DNA of 64,000 nucleotides from Candidatus Pacearchaeota archaeon (lineage in GTDB: Archaea; Nanobdellota; Nanobdellia; Pacearchaeales; GW2011-AR1), in assembly GCA_041659445.1 (NCBI GenBank), contig JBAZYG010000001.1, positions 155,068-219,067 on the forward strand. Direction: 5' to 3'. Numbering within the stretch: the first letter of the stretch is position 1; each line of letters starts with the position of its first letter. The translations under genes were made by a program, and so were the position numbers. A model generated the notes under the pieces. That model searched no databases and had not been told where the DNA came from. It was given only the letters and a program-made list of their open reading frames with translations. Shown here one piece after another: positions 18,817 to 28,267 of this stretch.

Positions 18817-20838
18817 TTATTGTTGCTGTTGTCTTTTATCTCTTTCCATTCTTTCCATGAATCCTTTTAGAAATGTTGAATTATCTCCAGACTTTCTAAC
18901 TATTTCTTTTATTCTATTTGCAGAAGAATTTCCTAGTTGAACTCTTTCAGTTCTTATTGCTGAAGCTAATTTGTCCTTCATTGCATCACTTAAGTAAATT
19001 TCTTTATCAGCATAATTTGACATTTTTTTCAAGTTTGTCAAAGTATTTGTTATTGGCATGAACTTTATGGAATCTTTTTCAGGTTTTATTACTAAATCTC
19101 CTATGTCTATTGCAACTCCGTAATTCACTTTTTGTTTGAATAATTTATTATGGTTTTTTAATACATCATCAAATTCTCTTGCAATTTCTAGGGCTGTGTT
19201 TTCGTTTTGAAATGTTTTTGTTTTGAATGGAGCAAGTATAACAAATAAGTTATCTCTTGTTTGATAAATTAATCCTTTTCTACTTTCACCAATGCTTGTT
19301 AATTTTTGAAGAGTTTCTTTTAATCCTCCTGAAATTAAATCAGTATAACCTTTTAAGTTAACAGAAACAATTGTAGCTTGTTGTTTTTGTCCTGTTATTG
19401 ATAAAGATAATTCTGCTGTGGATGCAGTTGATGTCAAACTTCCTTTTTTAATTGGTTGGTCTGTTTGTATGTCTGGATGAAGTTCAGAAATATTTCTTAC
19501 TTGAACTGTTGAAGGATATTTTCTTGCTCTTCCATATGAAGGTTGTTTATGCACTCTTTTAATTAAGATTACTGAAACTGCTATTAAAACTAAAAGAACA
19601 AAACCCCAGATAAATGGATTTAATGAGAAGATATTTTCAGAAAAATCTTTAACACTTACTGATTTTCCAGTCAAGCTTACTGTTTGAGAATGATCGCCTA
19701 TTTGAACTACGTATTCTCCGTTTGGAGCTGTTAATTTAAATTTTTTAGATTCTGAAACTCCTAAATTTACTTCAAGGTTTAATGGTTGTTCACCAATTTT
19801 TATCTCGACAATTTCGTTATAAGGAACATTACCAACATTTGTTAATATTAAAGTATTATTTAATATTTCAGATTTGATTTCTTTTTTTTCTTTTATGTCA
19901 AAAGTTTTTACATTTGTCAATTCATTATAATATGCAGAAATTTTCCAAGATGCAGGGGGCTGTGTTTGATTTATTGCATATTCAAATTCCTCATTTGATT
20001 GAAGTTCTAATTTTTTAATTATAGTGTCTTCATTATTTTTTATAGAAGCATAAACAGTTGTTGGAATATTCTCTCCTGTTTGATCATGCAAAGTTATTTT
20101 TCCTTTAAGATTTTCTCCAGGATTTATTGAGAAAGATTGAAGAGTAATTTCTAAACTTGTTGGAACTTGTTTTACTTTTATTGTTGTTGCTGTTGTCCCG
20201 TTATTTAATATTTGTCCTTCTGAATTTTTTTCATAAACGTATAAATAAATTGAATGTTCTCCTGCTTTTAAATTTCCAGGAATTGTAATTTGAATTGAAA
20301 ATTCTCCGTTATTCACAGCATTTGAATAAATTGGGTTTTGTGATAAATTTGTTAAAAGTTTTGCTTCAATTGTTCCTGAAGAAAATTCTCCATTTTGTTT
20401 TGTTGCAGTTCCTATGATAAAAATTGTTTCTCCTGGGGAAACCTCGTTTGTTATTTCATTAAGAGACAAAATTATTTTATTTGAAATTAAAAAGTTTGAA
20501 CTCAAATCTCCTGCTTGTTCTCCTAGTTTATAATAAATTAAACAATTTCCCAATGATTTTCCGATGAATTCATTAACTAAAGGAATAGAAATGTCTCGAA
20601 ATTTTTCACCATCTTGCATAAAAATAGATTCTTTGTATATTTCTGTTTCGATTGTTCCGCATTTTAATATAACACTTAATGAATCACTTATAGGTGTTTC
20701 TGCTGTTATTTTTATTGGAACATTTAATGTGTCACCTAAATTATATATGCTTTGAGGAGTTTGTTCTAAAGTTATTGTTGCTGAAGCTAAAGAAATTGCG
20801 AATATTAGAAAAATTATAAATAATGCCTCTTTTCTCAT
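18817..20838 (-). CDS. Single-pass membrane protein with a large extracellular domain and a ~250-aa cytoplasmic tail.
   Basis: Signal MRKEALFIIFLIFAISLASA. TM FIWGFVLLVLIAVSVILIK near residue 410. Sequons in the ectodomain. Confidence 0.5.
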   Translation of the reverse strand: MRKEALFIIFLIFAISLASATITLEQTPQSIYNLGDTLNVPIKITAETPISDSLSVILKCGTIETEIYKESIFMQDGEKFRDISIPLVNEFIGKSLGNCLIYYKLGEQAGDLSSNFLISNKIILSLNEITNEVSPGETIFIIGTATKQNGEFSSGTIEAKLLTNLSQNPIYSNAVNNGEFSIQITIPGNLKAGEHSIYLYVYEKNSEGQILNNGTTATTIKVKQVPTSLEITLQSFSINPGENLKGKITLHDQTGENIPTTVYASIKNNEDTIIKKLELQSNEEFEYAINQTQPPASWKISAYYNELTNVKTFDIKEKKEIKSEILNNTLILTNVGNVPYNEIVEIKIGEQPLNLEVNLGVSESKKFKLTAPNGEYVVQIGDHSQTVSLTGKSVSVKDFSENIFSLNPFIWGFVLLVLIAVSVILIKRVHKQPSYGRARKYPSTVQVRNISELHPDIQTDQPIKKGSLTSTASTAELSLSITGQKQQATIVSVNLKGYTDLISGGLKETLQKLTSIGESRKGLIYQTRDNLFVILAPFKTKTFQNENTALEIAREFDDVLKNHNKLFKQKVNYGVAIDIGDLVIKPEKDSIKFMPITNTLTNLKKMSNYADKEIYLSDAMKDKLASAIRTERVQLGNSSANRIKEIVRKSGDNSTFLKGFMERMERDKRQQQQ

Positions 20839-20901
20839 TTTTATCTATAAAAATTAGTATTTTTCTATTTATAAAGATTTATGAGGAAGAAGAGTTTAAT
20901 T

Positions 20902-21327
20902 TTAATTAAGTTGTTGCTCTATATTTTTACATATTTTTTTATTATTAAATGAAACTAATGCAAATATTTTTGGAGTTGTTTTATAAAATAAAATGCATCT
21001 TTTTTCGTCTCCTATTACAGCATACATATTGCCAAATTCAGAGTTATTTATTGCATTTAAGGTAATATTCGTTTCTTTTTTTCCAATCAATTTAAGGATG
21101 TTTTCTTCTATTGATGTTATTCCTGTTTTTGAATAAAAGATTTTTAAGTTATCAGATTTTTCAAATATTTTAATTAAAGGAATTTTAAAGGATTTTTCAT
21201 CGGCAAGAAATTTAAATCCATCATCCTTTTCTATTAAGTGTTCTAATGCTTTTTGATATTCCTTATCTGTCATTTCCATATTTTTATTCATTTTATTTGG
21301 AGATTTTTTAATTAAGATTATTTTCAA
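20902..21327 (-). CDS. Hypothetical protein, tandem paralog A (141 aa).
   Basis: Shares the C-terminal block ...KRCILFYKTTPKIFALVSFNNKKICKNIEQQLN with the adjacent ORF. Confidence 0.45.
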   Translation of the reverse strand: MKIILIKKSPNKMNKNMEMTDKEYQKALEHLIEKDDGFKFLADEKSFKIPLIKIFEKSDNLKIFYSKTGITSIEENILKLIGKKETNITLNAINNSEFGNMYAVIGDEKRCILFYKTTPKIFALVSFNNKKICKNIEQQLN

Positions 21328-21721
21328 GATTTTTACATAATTCTTTGTTGTTAAAGCAGATTAATGCAACTGGTTTTCTTTTAGGATTTTTTTCATAAAC
21401 TTTTATTCCATAATAGAGAATATATCTTTTTTTATCCCCCCTAAGACATATATAATCGGGGCTATCTATTTCTTTTATAGTGACATCCTCTTTATTTCTT
21501 TTTTCTAATTTTTTAATAATTTTATTTTTTATTTCTTCCCATTGCTCAGTCATTCTTTCTTTGGGGTAAACAAATTCTAAATTTCTAGAGAGGTTTATCA
21601 TTTTTTCTATAGTGTAATTTAATTCTGAAGGTTTATTATGTAAATATTGAAGGGGATCATCATGAGAAATTAAATTTTCTACAAGGAATTGATATTTTTT
21701 TCTCACTCTATCTTTTGTCAT
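21308..21721 (-). CDS. Hypothetical protein, tandem paralog B (137 aa).
   Basis: C-terminus ...KKRYILYYGIKVYEKNPKRKPVALICFNNKELCKNLENNLN. Overlaps paralog A by 20 nt. Confidence 0.45.
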   Translation of the reverse strand: MTKDRVRKKYQFLVENLISHDDPLQYLHNKPSELNYTIEKMINLSRNLEFVYPKERMTEQWEEIKNKIIKKLEKRNKEDVTIKEIDSPDYICLRGDKKRYILYYGIKVYEKNPKRKPVALICFNNKELCKNLENNLN

Positions 21722-21811
21722 ATTCTTTTTAAATTCTTTTTTGTTTATAAGTATTTATATAGCACAATTAAATTTACATAATTTTAAATATCTTGATTTT
21801 TTATTATTTTT

Positions 21812-22939
21812 ATGGTTAAAAAAAAGAGTGTGGTTAACCCTTATAGTGTTTCTGGTGAAGTTAATTATGAGAAGTTAATTAAAGAGTTTGGAGTTTCAAA
21901 AATTGATTCTAAATTATTAGATAGAATTCAAGCAATTACAAAAGATTTGCATTTTATGCTTAGAAGAGGAGTTTTTTTTGCTCATAGAGATTTGAATTGG
22001 ATTTTAGACGAATACAAAAAAGGAAACAAATTTTTTTTATATACTGGAAGAGCTCCTTCTGGTAAAATACATTTGGGACATTTAATGCCTTGGGTTTTTG
22101 TAAAATGGCTTCAAGATAGGTTTGATGTTGAATTATGGTTTCATTTTCCAGACGAAGAAAAGTTTTTGTTTAAGGGTGATTTGAATTTTGATGAAGTTCA
22201 AAAAACTTTGAAAGATAACATGTTAGATGTTATTGCCTTGGGTTTTGATCCAAAAAAAACACATTTTATCGTCGATACTCTTCATGCAGGAGTTATGTAC
22301 AAAGAAGCTTGCAAAGTTGCTAAGAAAATTACATTCAGTACAATTAAGGCTAGTTTTGGTTTTAATGATCAATCAAATATTGGTTCTATTTTTTATACAA
22401 GTATGCAAACAGTTCCAAGTTTTTTACCATCTGTTTTAAAAAATAAACAAATTCCGTGTTTAATTCCTCATGGTATTGACCAAGATCCACATTTTAGAAT
22501 TGCCAGAGACGTGTTACCTAAACTAGGACATTTAAAACCAGCGTCTATTCAATGCAAATTTCTTCCTGCTTTACAAGGTCCTTCAAGTAAAATGTCGTCG
22601 AGTGCAGAAGCAAGTGCAATTTATACTACTGATGATGCAAAAACTGTTGCAAATAAAATAAATAAGTATGCTTTTTCAGGAGGAGGAGCAACTTTAGTAG
22701 AGCATAAAAAAAATGGTGGAAATCCTGAGGTTGATGTTTCTTTCCAATATTTAAAAATGTTTTTTGAATCTGACGATAAAAGACTTGAAAAGATTAAAGC
22801 AATGTATGAATCTGGAGACTTATCAACAGGTGAATTAAAAAAAATTTTAATTGATAAAATAAATGCTTTTTTAAAAGAACATCAAAAAAAGAGAAAAGAA
22901 GCAGAAAATAAAATTAATGATTTTTTATATAAATTTTAA
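21812..22939 (+). CDS. trpS: Tryptophanyl-tRNA synthetase (archaeal/eukaryotic type).
   Basis: YTGRAPSGKIHLGHLMPWVFVKWLQDRF (HIGH region). KMSSS. Collinear resemblance to archaeal TrpRS (…TKWLQ…EKFLFK…GFDP.KT…IDQDP…). 375 aa. Confidence 0.9.
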   Translation: MVKKKSVVNPYSVSGEVNYEKLIKEFGVSKIDSKLLDRIQAITKDLHFMLRRGVFFAHRDLNWILDEYKKGNKFFLYTGRAPSGKIHLGHLMPWVFVKWLQDRFDVELWFHFPDEEKFLFKGDLNFDEVQKTLKDNMLDVIALGFDPKKTHFIVDTLHAGVMYKEACKVAKKITFSTIKASFGFNDQSNIGSIFYTSMQTVPSFLPSVLKNKQIPCLIPHGIDQDPHFRIARDVLPKLGHLKPASIQCKFLPALQGPSSKMSSSAEASAIYTTDDAKTVANKINKYAFSGGGATLVEHKKNGGNPEVDVSFQYLKMFFESDDKRLEKIKAMYESGDLSTGELKKILIDKINAFLKEHQKKRKEAENKINDFLYKF

Positions 22940-24063
22940 ATTGCTTTTTTTTCTGTCATAGCAATTTCTTTTAAAACTATTTTTTCAAGTGATTTTTCTG
23001 GAATTTGTTCTTTTTCTTTATTATATCTAATTTGTGTAAGTTCGTCGACGAGTAAATCTGTATTATAAAATTCTTTTGTAAATTTTTCCACTTTTTTCAT
23101 TTCTTCGATTAAGTATTTTCTTTGAATTCCTAATTCAGTATCTTTCTTTGCAATTTTATTTCCGCTTTTTTTCCAAATTTCAATGGCTTGATTTGATAAA
23201 TCATCATAATATTCTATTACTGATGCTGGTTTCAAGAAGTTCTTTTCAAAATTTTCTCCTAATATTAATGTTTCATCTTCTGGGTTTTCTTTCTTTTTTA
23301 TTCCGAATGTCCATACATTTGAAGTATTTTCTGGTTGTTGTGCATTCAAAAGAAAAGTTGGATTTCCCCTGTATTCTAAAGGTATTGAATAATTTACAAA
23401 TTTTGCTCCTTCAATTGGTAACCCTATTCTGAAAATTGTTCTAGAGCCATTTATTAAATGTATTAATTTTGAAGAATTATTTCCAAAAATTGTGAAGAGC
23501 CCAGAATTATAGGGTAGTTCTTTATTTTTTAATTCCATTGTTTTAAATTTATGATCTGTTCTTCTTATGTTCTTGTTTTTGCTATAAACCACGCCGTTGT
23601 CTTCAATTCTACTATTTCCATATTCAGTTGTTTTGTATAAAATTTCAAGGTTATCATCCATTTTTGATTCACCGCTAGAATTTCTTTTTGAATAATCCTG
23701 CACGAAAAAACTTTTACCTTTTCTAAATACTGCTGTATCTGTTCCCAAGAGGTTTTGGGGAATGTTATTATAAATTAATTTTTTTAACAAAAAATTTCTG
23801 TCTGAAGGATTTTTGTCTGATAAATATTCTAAAAATAAAACTGATTGGGGCGCTGTAACCATTCTAAATCCTTTGTCTTCTATTTTTTGCTTTAAATCAT
23901 ATGATTTTCCTGGTTCAAAACTGTCTAAGTAAAATTGAAAACTTTCTGGTTTTTGCACTTTTTGGTTTGGTTCTTCATCATAATCTTTTAATAAAGTTTT
24001 TACTGATTGAATTACTTTTTTACTATTTCTTAGATTTCCAAAAATAAAATTGAATATTCCCAT
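22936..24063 (-). CDS. Hypothetical protein (375 aa).
   Basis: ORF with coding composition. No motif recognised. Confidence 0.45.
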   Translation of the reverse strand: MGIFNFIFGNLRNSKKVIQSVKTLLKDYDEEPNQKVQKPESFQFYLDSFEPGKSYDLKQKIEDKGFRMVTAPQSVLFLEYLSDKNPSDRNFLLKKLIYNNIPQNLLGTDTAVFRKGKSFFVQDYSKRNSSGESKMDDNLEILYKTTEYGNSRIEDNGVVYSKNKNIRRTDHKFKTMELKNKELPYNSGLFTIFGNNSSKLIHLINGSRTIFRIGLPIEGAKFVNYSIPLEYRGNPTFLLNAQQPENTSNVWTFGIKKKENPEDETLILGENFEKNFLKPASVIEYYDDLSNQAIEIWKKSGNKIAKKDTELGIQRKYLIEEMKKVEKFTKEFYNTDLLVDELTQIRYNKEKEQIPEKSLEKIVLKEIAMTEKKAI

Positions 24064-24099
24064 GTTTTTCTGTTTTTTTCAGAGTTTATAAGTCTTTGT

Positions 24100-24843
24100 T
24101 TAGTTTTTATTAAAGTCTTTTGCAGTTGCAAAATAAGTATTTGAATCTTTAGATTTTTCGTCAGCTACATATGTTGGATATAAAATTTCTTTTCTTGATT
24201 CTAATTTTAATTCTTTTGTTTTTATTCTTTCTATTCTTGAGCCCCATTGATGATCAAAAATTAATGCAACTTCTTCTTTTCCTGTTTTTTCATTGTACAC
24301 TATTTCTGAACCTCTGTAAATTGCATTATGTGTTGCAATTACTTTTTTGCCTTTTTCATCTTTGCTATTTGCATAATGACTGTATTTGTAATAAAATCCT
24401 ACAATCATTCCTGGTTGTAATTCTCCTGTCATTGCTAAAGTATCTAATCTCTTCCAATTATCTTCAGGGTTTTTTTCTTTTTTATCTACTAAATATTTCC
24501 AACTTTTTTTAGGATCTTTTTCATTTATTTTTGCAATAACTTTATCATGATAAATTCTATTTTCAGAAGCAACTTGAGTATATTCTTTTTTATATTCTTT
24601 TTTTGCAATCATTCTTGAATATTTAGCACATTCCAATGGAGATAATTTTATTTTTTTATTTAATGCTGGAATTTTTTGTTCTTTTATGTCTTCTAAATTC
24701 CAATGCGGTTTAAGGCTTTCTTTATAATCAAGAACTCTTTTTTCTAATGCTTTTGGATCATTAATATGACTTCCTACATTTGCTTTTATATAAGGCAAAG
24801 TGCTCATTCCTAATGCTAATAAATATGCTGTTAGTTTTTTCAT
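24100..24843 (-). CDS. Secreted protein, possibly a papain-fold (NlpC/P60- or CHAP-like) hydrolase. Tentative.
   Basis: Signal MKKLTAYLLALGMSTLPYIKA. A Cys (ECAKY) and downstream His (THNAIYRG, FDHQWG) are spaced as in a Cys-His hydrolase. Weak call. Confidence 0.35.
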   Translation of the reverse strand: MKKLTAYLLALGMSTLPYIKANVGSHINDPKALEKRVLDYKESLKPHWNLEDIKEQKIPALNKKIKLSPLECAKYSRMIAKKEYKKEYTQVASENRIYHDKVIAKINEKDPKKSWKYLVDKKEKNPEDNWKRLDTLAMTGELQPGMIVGFYYKYSHYANSKDEKGKKVIATHNAIYRGSEIVYNEKTGKEEVALIFDHQWGSRIERIKTKELKLESRKEILYPTYVADEKSKDSNTYFATAKDFNKN

Positions 24844-25070
24844 TTTTTTCTCCTTCTTTTAAGATTTTTCTTATCGAATTTTCTGGATTGTTTTCCATTT
24901 GTTTTAATTCTCAATTTTTAGAGTATTTAAGGTTTACTCATCTCAAGTCCCTTATTTACTTTATTTTCTTATATCACTAATTAGTGGTAACTATTTATAA
25001 ATGTTTCGTTTTAGATTTAGTAAATTATTAATTTGATTAATTTTATAAAAGAGTAGAACTTTGTTTAAAC

Positions 25071-26780
25071 ATGAAAACATTATACCTTCATGTAGATTAT
25101 ATTGAATTTGAGCCTTTAAAAAAAGCACTAAAAGATGTTGAAAAACTTGGAGAGCAAGATATTTCTAAAAAAAGAATAGAAGAAGCTTTAGTGATTTTAG
25201 TAGCAATTGAAAATGGAGATTCTGTTTCAGATAAATTTCTTGGAGAATTTGTCAACAATACATTGTCTATTTCTGAACAAGTTAAAACAAAAAAAATTGT
25301 TCTTTATCCTTATGCTCATCTTTCAAGAAATTTGGGGAATCCGTCTATTGCAATGGAAATTTTTAAAACATTAGAGACTAGACTTAAAAAAGAAAAATTA
25401 AATGTTACAAGAGCTCCATTTGGATATTACAAAGCTTTTGAATTAAAGGTTAAGGGACATCCTTTGAGTGAATTGTCGAGGGAAATTATTTTAGGAGATG
25501 AATCTAAAGAAATTGAAGAAAAATATGATTCTAAGCAGTTGCTTAGGGAAATTTCAAAATCAAAATTAGATACAACAAAACTCAAAGAAAATGATCATCG
25601 AATTTTGGGACAACAAATGGATTTATTCAGTTTTTCTGAAATTGCACCAGGAATGGTTTTTTGGCATAATAATGGTTTAATTATAAGAAATGAATTAATT
25701 AATTTTTGGAGGGAAGAACATAGAAAAGCAGGGTATAAAGAAATTTTAACTCCTCAAATTATGGATAAAAAGCTATGGCAAATTTCAGGACATTGGGAAA
25801 AATATCGAGAGAATAATTTTTCTACAGAATATGAAAAAAGAAAATTTATGATTAAACCCATGAATTGTCCTGGTGGAATGCTTGTTTTTAAAAGCAAACC
25901 AAAAAGTTATAGAGATTTACCGTTGAGAATGGGTGAACTAGGGGTTGTTCATAGAGTTGAACTTTCAGGTGTTTTAGCTGGTTTGTTTAGAGTTATTCAA
26001 TTTACACAAGATGATGCACATATTTATTGCACTGAAGAGCAAATTAACGACGAGGTAATGTCTATTGTTGATTTAATTAAGTTTTTTTACTCAAAATTTA
26101 ATCTTCCTTTTCATATTGAATTTTCAACAAGACCTGAGAAAAGAATAGGAACAGAAAAAGAATGGGATAAAGCTGAAAAACTTTTAGAAGATGTTTTGAA
26201 AAAAAATAAATTAAAATATAAAATCAACAAAGGAGATGGTGCGTTTTACGGGCCTAAAATTGATTTTCATGTTACTGATTCTTTGGGAAGAACATGGCAA
26301 ACAGCGACGATTCAATTGGATTTACTTCTTCCAGAAAGATTTGATATAGAATATACTGATAAAGATAATGTTAAAAAAAGGCCAATTATTTTGCATAGAA
26401 CAATTTATGGAAGTTTAGAAAGATTTTTGGGAATTTTGTTAGAACATTTTAATGGAAGATTGCCTGTTTGGCTTTGTCCAGTTCAAGTAAGGGTGTTGAG
26501 TTTTACAGATAGAAATATCAAATACAGCGAGAAGGTTGTTGAAAATTTAAGAAAAGAAATTCCAAATTTAAGAATTGATTTTGATTTTAATCAAACAACT
26601 GTTCCTGCAAAAGTCAAAGAAGCAGAATTAATGAAAGTTCCGTATATAATTGTTGTAGGAGATAAAGAAGAAAAAGAAAATACTCTTGCAGTCCGTGTCA
26701 AAGGAAGTAATAAAATTGAAGTTTTTAAGTTAAATGATTTTGTTAAAAAATTAAAAAAAGAGATTGAGGATAGAGGGTAA
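25071..26780 (+). CDS. thrS: Threonyl-tRNA synthetase, archaeal type with an N-terminal editing domain.
   Basis: Class II motifs (HRILGQQMDLF, NCPGGML, ...GPKIDFHV...). Archaeal-type N-terminus MKTLYLHVDYIEFEP. C-terminal anticodon-binding domain. Confidence 0.9.
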   Translation: MKTLYLHVDYIEFEPLKKALKDVEKLGEQDISKKRIEEALVILVAIENGDSVSDKFLGEFVNNTLSISEQVKTKKIVLYPYAHLSRNLGNPSIAMEIFKTLETRLKKEKLNVTRAPFGYYKAFELKVKGHPLSELSREIILGDESKEIEEKYDSKQLLREISKSKLDTTKLKENDHRILGQQMDLFSFSEIAPGMVFWHNNGLIIRNELINFWREEHRKAGYKEILTPQIMDKKLWQISGHWEKYRENNFSTEYEKRKFMIKPMNCPGGMLVFKSKPKSYRDLPLRMGELGVVHRVELSGVLAGLFRVIQFTQDDAHIYCTEEQINDEVMSIVDLIKFFYSKFNLPFHIEFSTRPEKRIGTEKEWDKAEKLLEDVLKKNKLKYKINKGDGAFYGPKIDFHVTDSLGRTWQTATIQLDLLLPERFDIEYTDKDNVKKRPIILHRTIYGSLERFLGILLEHFNGRLPVWLCPVQVRVLSFTDRNIKYSEKVVENLRKEIPNLRIDFDFNQTTVPAKVKEAELMKVPYIIVVGDKEEKENTLAVRVKGSNKIEVFKLNDFVKKLKKEIEDRG

Positions 26781-26812
26781 ATTTTTATAAACTCTAATTT
26801 GATAATTCTTTT

Positions 26813-27313
26813 ATGGAATTCAAGGAATATTCTGAAAAGTTAAAAAAATCCAAAGAATACAAAGATTTTTTAGTAAAAAATAAAGGTGTTTATTTTTTTT
26901 CAGGATTTTTTTCAATAGATCATGAAGGAAAAGAACTTCCACAAATTAATTTTGATTTTTATGTTCCTTCAAGTTCTGAAATTTATAGTTTTAAGTTTGG
27001 AGAAAAAATAGAAATAACTCCAGTAGATAATTATGATAAAAGAATTCCAGAAAAATTATCCCTTGATTTTAATTTTAAATTAGAAGATTTTCAAGATTTA
27101 ATTCTTAAAGAAATGAAAGATAAAGAAATTAAGAATAACATTAAGAAATTTTTGTTTAGTTATCAGTCTTTAGAGAAAAAACCTTATCTTTTGGTTACTG
27201 TTTTTTTATCAAATTTTGGATTATTAAAAGCACATATTGATGTCAAGGAAAAAAGATTCATTTCTTTTGAAAAATCTTCTATCTTAGATATGATGAAAAT
27301 TCTTAAAAAATAA
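26813..27313 (+). CDS. Hypothetical protein (166 aa).
   Basis: ORF only. Confidence 0.4.
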   Translation: MEFKEYSEKLKKSKEYKDFLVKNKGVYFFSGFFSIDHEGKELPQINFDFYVPSSSEIYSFKFGEKIEITPVDNYDKRIPEKLSLDFNFKLEDFQDLILKEMKDKEIKNNIKKFLFSYQSLEKKPYLLVTVFLSNFGLLKAHIDVKEKRFISFEKSSILDMMKILKK

Positions 27314-27353
27314 TTTCAGAAAGGTTTAAAAACAAAATTCAGTCTGAGATAAG

Positions 27354-27593
27354 ATGGTAACAGATGATAATAATATTCCGTATCTTTTGGATAATATCCC
27401 TTATTCAGAAAATGGACTTGAAGAGGATTTGTCTATTTTAGATGGAGATGAAAGAGCTTGCATGAATTGGGAATTGAGAGGCAAGGGTTTTAGTTTTATT
27501 AGAAATCCTTTATCAGAAAATTCTCGTTCACGTGATGACGAAATTAATAATTTAATTTATAGTGGTGAGCCAATTCAAATTAAAAAAAGATAG
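27354..27593 (+). CDS. Hypothetical protein (79 aa).
   Basis: ORF only. Confidence 0.3.
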   Translation: MVTDDNNIPYLLDNIPYSENGLEEDLSILDGDERACMNWELRGKGFSFIRNPLSENSRSRDDEINNLIYSGEPIQIKKR

Positions 27594-28190
27594 TTATTTT
27601 TCAACAATGAAATTAATCATCATTTCGGTATTGTGAGTTGAAAGAATTTTAAATTTTGCTTTTTTGAATAAGTCATGAATTTCTTTTTCATCAAATAAAT
27701 AATAATATCTTTTTCCTTTTTTTCTCCAATCAATTAGTTTTTCTTTTCCTTTTTTTTGATTAAATCTTTTTGAATTAAAATTCCAAACTCCAATTAAAGA
27801 TTTTGAATTTTTTTTCATTACCCTGTATAATTCTTTGATTGCTTTTTGATGTTCTTTTGGTTTTAGGCAGTGAATTGCTGAGATGCAAATCGAAAAGTCA
27901 AAAAAATTGTTTTCAAATGGTAGAGACTTTAAATCTGCTACAAAAAATTCTGCTGGAATTTTCAATTTTTTTGCTTTTTTTTCTGCTAATTTAATCATTT
28001 TTTCTGAGAAATCTACTAAATACATTTTTCCGTCTTTCATTTTTTTTAAATGTCTTCCACTTCCACTTCCTAAATCAAGAATTTTTCCAGAACAATTTTT
28101 CAAAAAATCTTCACTTAATTTTGAAGGAATTTGCTTAAATTTTTCCCATTCAGGTGCAATGTTGTTCCAGATTTTTTGTTGAGTTTGCAT
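27594..28190 (-). CDS. Class I SAM-dependent methyltransferase.
   Basis: Motif I ILDLGSGSGRH, followed by an acidic residue after beta2 (YLVDFSEKM). Confidence 0.8.
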   Translation of the reverse strand: MQTQQKIWNNIAPEWEKFKQIPSKLSEDFLKNCSGKILDLGSGSGRHLKKMKDGKMYLVDFSEKMIKLAEKKAKKLKIPAEFFVADLKSLPFENNFFDFSICISAIHCLKPKEHQKAIKELYRVMKKNSKSLIGVWNFNSKRFNQKKGKEKLIDWRKKGKRYYYLFDEKEIHDLFKKAKFKILSTHNTEMMINFIVEK

Positions 28191-28267
28191 GAATATTCTA
28201 AGAATCAGGAAATTAAAATCTTTTCTTTTTCAATTAGTTTTTTATACACTGAATTCTTTTTACTTTT

